Source of the DNA: a bacterium
GTDB taxonomy: Bacteria > Zhuqueibacterota > Zhuqueibacteria > Oceanimicrobiales > Oceanimicrobiaceae
Reading direction: 5' to 3'
DNA length: 11,660 nucleotides
Assembly (NCBI GenBank): GCA_046758365.1
Contig: JBHIAC010000109.1
Coordinates: 1 to 11,660, forward strand
Shown: piece by piece, positions 1 through 5,878 of the stretch
Position numbering within the stretch: position 1 is the stretch's first letter
Layout: every line of letters begins with the position of its first letter
The notes under the pieces: model-generated
The model's database searches: none
Told to the model about the DNA's origin: nothing
The model's input: the letters and a program-made list of their open reading frames with translations, nothing else
Translations under genes and position numbers: made by a program

Positions 1-795
1 TATTATCCTATTTTTTTCTTTTTGGCTATAAGTTGGTTTGGTAAAAAGAATAAATGGGCAAATCCTATTTTAATTCTTTCCATACTATTTTTTATTTTTT
101 CTAGTGGTAGACGACTTAACTATTTGCTGTTGTTATTAGGTGTGATAGGTATTATTGTTGTGGGAATTTTCAATGGAGATTATACTATTTCTAAGTTAAT
201 TAAAAATTCAAAAAAACTTACGGTTTATATAATTGTCATTTTGATTTGTCTAATCTTACTTTTACCTAATTTTGGCCAATCTGTTGCTTTCGCTTTTAAA
301 ACACTAGACATGAGTAGTAAAGTAGGACAAGCTCATGGTGGGGACATCAGAGTTGCTGAAATAAAAAATCTTTTTTTAAACATGAATCAAAGACCTTATA
401 CTTATATATTTGGGTTTGGATTAGGTACCAAGTGGAAAGAGATAATTCATCAACCAATGGATAGTTACACATTTCAACAAAAATACCTTGAGAAGGCCCA
501 GGCGTGGTTTCCCCAATTTCATCTACCTTTTATAAGTACTTTATATCGGTTTGGTTTTTTGGGAACAATTTTGCTTTTGACTATAGTAGTACGACTTGTT
601 TTGAAGTACATAAGGCAAATAAGAAAGACCCATAGCCTTTATTATAAATCCCATTTTATGGCTATGAGTGTGTTTATTTTTCTGACTTTAATTAATATTG
701 GAGATAGCCTTAACCCTACCATGCCGATTATGGCTGGGTTTTTAATTGGTCTCTTGGAAGCCTACCAAAGACATAATTTGGACAATGAGTACTAA
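1..795 (+). CDS. O-antigen ligase/polymerase-like (WaaL/Wzy, Wzy_C-type) polytopic membrane protein, 5'-truncated by the window edge
   Basis: The frame is open from base 1 (tat tat cct att ttt ttc ttt ttg), so TTG22 is probably internal. Several hydrophobic helices. Loop pattern 'GDIRVAE...YIFGFGLG...FHLPFISTLYRFGFLG' matches the ligase/polymerase R...GxGxG...H...GxxG signature. Lies among glycosyltransferase genes. Confidence 0.7.
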   Translation, partial: YYPIFFFLAISWFGKKNKWANPILILSILFFIFSSGRRLNYLLLLLGVIGIIVVGIFNGDYTISKLIKNSKKLTVYIIVILICLILLLPNFGQSVAFAFKTLDMSSKVGQAHGGDIRVAEIKNLFLNMNQRPYTYIFGFGLGTKWKEIIHQPMDSYTFQQKYLEKAQAWFPQFHLPFISTLYRFGFLGTILLLTIVVRLVLKYIRQIRKTHSLYYKSHFMAMSVFIFLTLINIGDSLNPTMPIMAGFLIGLLEAYQRHNLDNEY

Positions 796-840
796 TGGGA
801 AACAGAATCAAGCGTATTATTTTATTAGCAAGAGGATGGG

Positions 841-1731
841 ATGAAAGAACCTAAAGTATCAATAATAATTCTTAATTATAATGGATTTACAGATACAATT
901 GAGTGTTTAGAATCCTTAAAAAATATTACCTATAAAAATTATGAAATAATTGTAGTTGATAATGGTTCGTTTAATAATGAGGCTGAAAGAATTGAAGAAA
1001 AATATCCAGAAGTATTAGTAATTAAAAATCCGACTAATTATGGATTTTGTCGAGGCAATAATATAGGTGGCAAAATAGCATTGAGTAACAATGCTGAGTA
1101 TCTATTATTTCTTAATAATGATACTTTAGTAGAACCAAACTTTTTAGACGAACTTATTACATTCTCTGAGGCTAATCCTGATGTAGGAATAGCTGGTCCT
1201 TTAATTTTATATTACTTTGAAAGGAATCAAGTTTATTCCAGCGGAGGTAAATTCAATAATATTTTATTCTATTGCAAAGAGTTTAAATATCCTTATAAAG
1301 AACCCCAAAAAAATCTAAATTTTCTTTCTGGTTGTGCTTTCCTTGTAAAGAAATCAGTAATTAAAAAGGTAGGTATATGGGATGAAGATTATTTTAAATA
1401 TTGGGAAGAAACAGATTATTGTTTAAGAGCAAAGAAAGCAGGATTTAGAATTTCTTGCGTACCACAATCTATTATTTATCATAAAGTAGCTCGTACAAAT
1501 ATATATCTTTCTAAAGGATATATCTATTATATGGTTAGAAATAACCTTTTGTTAGCAATTAAACATGCTAAATGGTATTATTGGCCTTTGATAGGAATAA
1601 ATTTTTTTCTCCGTCGTTGGCTTGGTTATACTTTAAAACTTTCCTTAACCAAAAATTTCATTTCTCTACCAGGAATATTTTGGGGAACGTATGATTTTGT
1701 TTTTAACAGTTATGGTAAAGGAAGATATTAA
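841..1731 (+). CDS. GT2 family glycosyltransferase (GT-A fold)
   Basis: Motifs 'VSIIILNYNG', 'IIVVDNGS', 'NYGFCRGNN', 'LFLNND', 'LSGCAFLV', 'WDEDYFKYWEETDYCLR', 'IYHK'. SD-like AGAGGA upstream of the ATG. Confidence 0.93.
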   Translation: MKEPKVSIIILNYNGFTDTIECLESLKNITYKNYEIIVVDNGSFNNEAERIEEKYPEVLVIKNPTNYGFCRGNNIGGKIALSNNAEYLLFLNNDTLVEPNFLDELITFSEANPDVGIAGPLILYYFERNQVYSSGGKFNNILFYCKEFKYPYKEPQKNLNFLSGCAFLVKKSVIKKVGIWDEDYFKYWEETDYCLRAKKAGFRISCVPQSIIYHKVARTNIYLSKGYIYYMVRNNLLLAIKHAKWYYWPLIGINFFLRRWLGYTLKLSLTKNFISLPGIFWGTYDFVFNSYGKGRY

Positions 1732-1781
1732 CTTTAGAGTGTGTAGCTTTTCAACTAATATATGAATTATAGAAAATTTTA

Positions 1782-1790
1782 TGATATAAT
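1782..1790 (+). promoter_or_regulatory. Possible extended -10 promoter (TGATATAAT) upstream of the GT4 gene
   Basis: Exact TGn-TATAAT about 50 nt upstream of ATG1841 in a 109-bp intergenic gap. The gap is very AT-rich, so a chance match is possible. Confidence 0.3.
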
Positions 1791-1840
1791 AATTTGGAAA
1801 ACTCTTAAGAAAACACTTTAGTTTAATAATCTCTTTTCGT

Positions 1841-3031
1841 ATGAAAATTTTATTTTTAACATCCCGTTTACCTTTCCCACCTGTGGGTGGGGATAAACTT
1901 AGAACCTTTAATTTTCTTAAATATATAAAAAAGAAACATAATCTTACCATTATTTCATTCATAGATAGTGAAAAAGATTTAGAATATATTTTTGAATACA
2001 GGCAATACTATGACAAATTAATCACGATTACTTTGCCTAAATTACAGTCATATAAAAATTGCCTCAATGGATTATTTTCTCCAACACCTTTACAAGTTCA
2101 TTATTATTTTTCAAAAAAAATGAAAGAAACAGTAAACAAAGAGCTTAAAAATGGTTACGATACAATTTTTTGCCACCTTATTCGTATGGCTCAATATTTA
2201 CCGGCGGATAATAACATATACAAAGTTATCGACCTTACAGATGCAATTTCTTTAAACTATATAAGAAGTAAAAAATTCAGGAGAGGCATATTTTCTATCA
2301 TAAATCTTATAGAATCAAAAAGAGTTCTGAATTACGAAATAACAGCAATAGACAAATCTGATAAATCAATATTAATATCAAATATAGACAGAAACTTTCT
2401 TTTGAATAATCAAAATAGTGATAAAATTAAAATTGTAGCCAATGGTGTAGATCTTAATATATTTAAATTTCATCAAGGTTATTATGATGAAAATCAAATA
2501 TCATTTATTGGGAATATGAGAACTTTTCCTAATACGGATGCGGTTCTATATTTTGTTGATGCAATTTTTCCTAAATTAAAGAAGGTGAAACCAAAGTTAA
2601 AATTTTTTATCGTTGGCAATGAGCCATCTAAAGAAGTGTTAAGAATTCACGATGGTAAAAATATATTAGTAACTGGATATGTTGATTCAGTTACCTCATA
2701 TATAAAAAATTCTGTTGTTACTGTGGCTCCAATGCGTGTTGGAGCAGGAATTCAAAATAAAATATTAGAGGCTATGGCAGTTGGAACACCAGTAGTTACA
2801 ACCACGATTGGTGCAGAGGGATTAGATGAAAATAAACTCACAATAGGTAATACTCCAGAAGAAATCTATCTAAAAACCTTATCATTAATTGAAAATAAAA
2901 AATTAAGACAAAAAAAATCTTTAATAGGTAGAGAGTACATTGAAAAAAACTTTTCTTGGGAAATTAAACTTAAAAACTTAGATCAATATTTGACAAATAG
3001 TCATCAGTCTGAATGTGGAAAGATCCAATAA
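1841..3031 (+). CDS. GT4 family glycosyltransferase (GT-B fold), resembling PEP-CTERM/exosortase-locus sugar transferases
   Basis: N-terminus 'MKILFLTSRLPFPPVGGDKLRTFNFLK'; also 'IVANGVD', 'FIGNMRTFPNTDAV' and the C-terminal 'GAGIQNKILEAMAVGTPVVTT', 'FSWE'. Confidence 0.92.
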   Translation: MKILFLTSRLPFPPVGGDKLRTFNFLKYIKKKHNLTIISFIDSEKDLEYIFEYRQYYDKLITITLPKLQSYKNCLNGLFSPTPLQVHYYFSKKMKETVNKELKNGYDTIFCHLIRMAQYLPADNNIYKVIDLTDAISLNYIRSKKFRRGIFSIINLIESKRVLNYEITAIDKSDKSILISNIDRNFLLNNQNSDKIKIVANGVDLNIFKFHQGYYDENQISFIGNMRTFPNTDAVLYFVDAIFPKLKKVKPKLKFFIVGNEPSKEVLRIHDGKNILVTGYVDSVTSYIKNSVVTVAPMRVGAGIQNKILEAMAVGTPVVTTTIGAEGLDENKLTIGNTPEEIYLKTLSLIENKKLRQKKSLIGREYIEKNFSWEIKLKNLDQYLTNSHQSECGKIQ

Positions 3032-3078
3032 CTTAGCATGAATAGATTTAGAGATTTCTTGTTCATTAATATACCGAA

Positions 3079-3213
3079 CAAACGCTAACCTTCTTTAAAG
3101 AAGCTCAGCGTTTCTTAGAGGCTTCCAAATACGTTGACCTTTTTCCAGAAGCTTAGTGTCTTTTTTTATTGAGCAAACGCTAACCTTCCTAAAGAAGGTC
3201 AGCAAATCTTAGA
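3079..3213. repeat. Cluster of three degenerate ~33-bp palindromic (REP-like) repeats
   Basis: Copy 1 at 3080-3113 is AAACGCTAACCTTCTTTAAAGAAGCTCAGCGTTT. Copy 2 at 3129-3161 is ATACGTTGACCTTTTTCCAGAAGCTTAGTGTCT. Copy 3 at 3175-3207 is AAACGCTAACCTTCCTAAAGAAGGTCAGCAAAT. Copies 1 and 3 also share the 3' flank CTTAGA. Confidence 0.8.
3131..3167 (+). terminator. Possible intrinsic terminator formed by repeat copy 2 plus a T7 tract
   Basis: 3131-3143 pairs with 3147-3159 at 12 of 13 positions if four G-U pairs are allowed. It is followed by C and then TTTTTTT (3161-3167), about 100 nt after the GT4 stop. The stem is weak. Confidence 0.35.
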
Positions 3214-3467
3214 AGTGAGGTGGAAAAATTAATTTGCACAATAAAAATTAGTAGTCATGGTATTACTTTGTCTTACTCCAATGGCGAAACCATCTTAATT
3301 ACTCAATTATTATTACTTATTTAACATAAGGCTAATTTTATATAATTGAACAGCTTTAAGCTCATTATAATTATAGTCATATTCAATTAAAATAAGTTTT
3401 ACGGATTATGTTTTTGGTGAAAAACTAAAATCTTTTAAATTAGAATATACTAAAAGTAATTATACAA

Positions 3468-4064
3468 ATGAAAGATTTAGTAAGAAAAATAAAAAAAACG
3501 GTACAGGAATCGGTTCATGTTAAACAAAAAATATTAGAAAATGAAAATTTAATAAAAAGAATTCAGCAAGTAGTCAATGCAATTTTAAATGCTTTTAAAA
3601 ATGACAAGAAAGTTTTTCTTTGTGGAAATGGTGGAAGTGCAGCAGATGCACAACACATTGCAGCAGAGCTCTCTGGCAAGTTTTATATTGAAAGAGACCC
3701 TTTATTTGCTGAAGCTTTACATGTAAACACATCCTATTTAACAGCCGTAGCTAATGATTATTCTTATGATGAAATCTATTCGAGGCTCATAAGAGCAAAA
3801 GGTAGTAAAGGCGATATCTTAGTCGCTATTTCTACATCTGGAAACTCTAAAAATATTTTAAAATCAATAGAAGTTGCTAATGATATTGGAATGATAACTG
3901 TTGGTTTAACCGGAGACCACGGGGGTAAAATGAAAGCTATTTGTAAATATCTCATAAATGTTCCTTCCAATGATACCGCAAGAATTCAAGAAGCTCATAT
4001 TATGATTGGACATATCATCTGTGAACTTGTAGAGATGACTTTGTTTGGTACTTATGATAAATGA
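3468..4064 (+). CDS. gmhA: D-sedoheptulose-7-phosphate isomerase (SIS domain)
   Basis: Diagnostic motifs 'LCGNGGSAADAQHIAAEL', 'TAVANDY', 'GDILVAISTSGNS', 'TARIQEAHIMIGHIICELVE'; 198 aa. Confidence 0.96.
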   Translation: MKDLVRKIKKTVQESVHVKQKILENENLIKRIQQVVNAILNAFKNDKKVFLCGNGGSAADAQHIAAELSGKFYIERDPLFAEALHVNTSYLTAVANDYSYDEIYSRLIRAKGSKGDILVAISTSGNSKNILKSIEVANDIGMITVGLTGDHGGKMKAICKYLINVPSNDTARIQEAHIMIGHIICELVEMTLFGTYDK

Positions 4065-4770
4065 AGCCATAATTTTGGCTGGGGGTTTTGGAACAAGACT
4101 TAAAAAAGTTGTTAAAGGGGTTCCAAAGCCAATGGTAAATATTAATGAAAGACCTTTTTTAGAATATTTATTAAACTATTTAATCGAGCAAGGTATAGAA
4201 AAAGTAATTTTAGCGGTAGGATTTAAATTTGATGTAATTCAAAGGTATTTTAAAAATCAATATAAAAAATTAACATTAGAATACTCAGTTGAAAAAGAAC
4301 CCCTTGGAACGGGTGGAGCAATAAAAAAAGCACTAAAGTTAACCAAGACGGAAAGTATTTTTATATTCAATGGGGATACTTTTTTCAATATAGATTTATC
4401 AAAACTTTACAAATTTCATAGATTAAAAAATACAGATTTAACCATTGCTTTAAAAATAAAAAAGAACACTAACAGGTTTGGATCAATTGATGTTGATGCA
4501 GAAAATAGAATCGTACATTTTGAAGAAAAACAGCCAAAGAAATCTGGATTTATAAATGGAGGAACTTATATCATAAATAAAGGACTATTTGAAAAATTAA
4601 ATTTAGTAGAAAAATTTTCATTTGAAAAAGATTTATTGGAAAAGTACTATAAAGATAATAACTTTTATGGCCTTCCATTTGATAAATTCTTTATCGATAT
4701 AGGAATTCCTAAAGATTATGAAAAAGTTAAAAAAGAATTTAAAAAAATGGTACGCTCGATTGGGATTTAA
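4054..4770 (+). CDS. hddC: D-glycero-alpha-D-manno-heptose-1-phosphate guanylyltransferase-like nucleotidyltransferase
   Basis: Motifs 'AIILAGGFGTRL...PKPM', 'EKEPLGTGGAI', 'FNGDTFF', 'INGGTY', 'FSFEKD', 'FIDIGIPKDY'. About 238 aa with no hexapeptide domain. ATG4054 (preferred over TTG4045) overlaps the end of gmhA by 11 bp. Confidence 0.85.
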   Translation: MINEAIILAGGFGTRLKKVVKGVPKPMVNINERPFLEYLLNYLIEQGIEKVILAVGFKFDVIQRYFKNQYKKLTLEYSVEKEPLGTGGAIKKALKLTKTESIFIFNGDTFFNIDLSKLYKFHRLKNTDLTIALKIKKNTNRFGSIDVDAENRIVHFEEKQPKKSGFINGGTYIINKGLFEKLNLVEKFSFEKDLLEKYYKDNNFYGLPFDKFFIDIGIPKDYEKVKKEFKKMVRSIGI

Positions 4771-4816
4771 GCCCATGGGTTCAGTCCGACAAGAAATCAC
4801 CATCGGAACTCCCTCG

Positions 4817-4861
4817 CGTTGGGGATTCTACAATAGAGAAACGAGGAGAAAATCCCCAACG
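4817..4861. other. Perfect 11-bp inverted repeat (CGTTGGGGATT-N23-AATCCCCAACG); possible terminator or structured element
   Basis: Arms at 4817-4827 and 4851-4861, with GTGTTTTT a few nt downstream. Lies between the hddC stop and the putative wecA promoter. Confidence 0.5.
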
Positions 4862-4882
4862 AACCGTGTTTTTAAAATGGAA

Positions 4883-4923
4883 TGTTATAATGTAAATTAA
4901 TTAAATTCTGAGGAGGGCAAGGA
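4883..4923 (+). promoter_or_regulatory. Putative extended -10 promoter (TGTTATAAT, 4883-4891) and Shine-Dalgarno region (GAGGAGGGCAAGGA, 4910-4923) for the wecA-C25 unit
   Basis: Exact TGn-TATAAT ending 36 nt before ATG4928, followed by a strong purine-rich SD. No consensus -35 is visible. Confidence 0.55.
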
Positions 4924-4927
4924 ATCT

Positions 4928-5878
4928 ATGTTGGTAATGATTCTTACGGCGTTGGCAACATTGGTAATTTCGTTAATATGCACAGCGCTTGTACGACGTC
5001 TGGCCATTCGTTTTAAGATTTTCGACACACCCAATTATAGAACTATCCACCAAGCATTGATTCCAAAGTTAGGGGGTTTAAGTATTTTCGTGGCATTCTC
5101 GTTGGGATTGTCCATATTTTCTTTTGCAACAAAGTTTAACGGGAACTTATGGGGTTTACTCATTGGAGGTGGCTTAGTGTCGCTAGTAGGATTTTTAGAT
5201 GATATTTACATTCTTGGCTGCTATCGAAAGCTTATAGGACAAGCCGTTGCCACCGGATTTGCTATCTATTTTGGATTTTCCTTTCATGCTATCAGTCTGC
5301 CTTTTGGTATTACTGTTGAGCTTGGAATTTTGGGAATACCTCTGTCTATGCTTTGGATTTTAGCCATTACCAACGGTGTGAATCTACTGGATGGCTTGGA
5401 CGGTCTGGCGGCGGGCTTTAGTATTTTGGTTGCTCTATTTATATTGATTGGGGCAGAATTTTCTCAAAATATTACATTGGCTGCAGGTGCTTTAATTTTC
5501 ATAGCCGCATCTTTGGGATTTTTAAAATTTAATTTCCCACCAGCAAAAATATTTATGGGGGATATGGGCAGTCTCTTTCTGGGCTATTTTTTGGCCTGCC
5601 TATCTATCAAAGCTTTCACGTTTCCAAGTTTGGGTCCGCAATTTGGGGTTCTATTAATTCTTTTTTCAGTGCCTTTGGCCGATACTTCCTTGGCGATACT
5701 CCGGAGGTTGCGCCTGGGAAAGCACCCTTTCTTTGCGGATAAAAAACATATTCACCACCGTCTCTTGGAAATGGGATTTAATCAATTATACGCGGTTTTA
5801 ACTATTTACGCCGTCACCTTTGTTTGTGGTATTATTGGTTTAGTTTTATTAGTTTCCAACTTTAATCAATCATTCTGA
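4928..5878 (+). CDS. wecA: Undecaprenyl-phosphate alpha-N-acetylglucosaminyl-1-phosphate transferase (WecA/TagO type, MraY/Glycos_transf_4 superfamily)
   Basis: Motifs 'D.PNYRTIH...IPKLGGLSIF', 'GFLDD', 'NGVNLLDGLDGLA', 'FNFPPAKIFMGDMGSLFLG' and the WecA-type 'ADKKHIHHRL'. Many transmembrane segments. Confidence 0.9.
   Translation: MLVMILTALATLVISLICTALVRRLAIRFKIFDTPNYRTIHQALIPKLGGLSIFVAFSLGLSIFSFATKFNGNLWGLLIGGGLVSLVGFLDDIYILGCYRKLIGQAVATGFAIYFGFSFHAISLPFGITVELGILGIPLSMLWILAITNGVNLLDGLDGLAAGFSILVALFILIGAEFSQNITLAAGALIFIAASLGFLKFNFPPAKIFMGDMGSLFLGYFLACLSIKAFTFPSLGPQFGVLLILFSVPLADTSLAILRRLRLGKHPFFADKKHIHHRLLEMGFNQLYAVLTIYAVTFVCGIIGLVLLVSNFNQSF

Noticed and set aside
22..24. TTG22 as the true start of the first CDS
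   Set aside because: The frame is open and hydrophobic back to base 1, and there is no SD; the gene probably begins upstream of the window.
1666..1962. 98-aa minus-strand ORF
   Set aside because: Antisense to two well-supported glycosyltransferase genes, with no recognisable motif.
3079..3213. Mini CRISPR array
   Set aside because: The repeats are degenerate, the gaps between them are only about 13-15 nt and partly alike, and there are no cas genes in the window.
3214..3467. hddA pseudogene remnant or promoter upstream of gmhA
   Set aside because: I saw no GHMP-kinase motif. TATAAT-like hexamers are present but uninformative in such AT-rich DNA.
3776..3970. 64-aa minus-strand ORF
   Set aside because: Antisense shadow inside gmhA.
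4718..4900. 60-aa ORF as an intact gene
   Set aside because: It starts inside hddC with no SD, straddles the GC boundary and runs over the hairpin and putative promoter. Kept only as a possible GNAT remnant.
4928..5878. mraY assignment
   Set aside because: The HIHH motif and polysaccharide context indicate WecA/TagO, and there are no neighbouring dcw-cluster genes.
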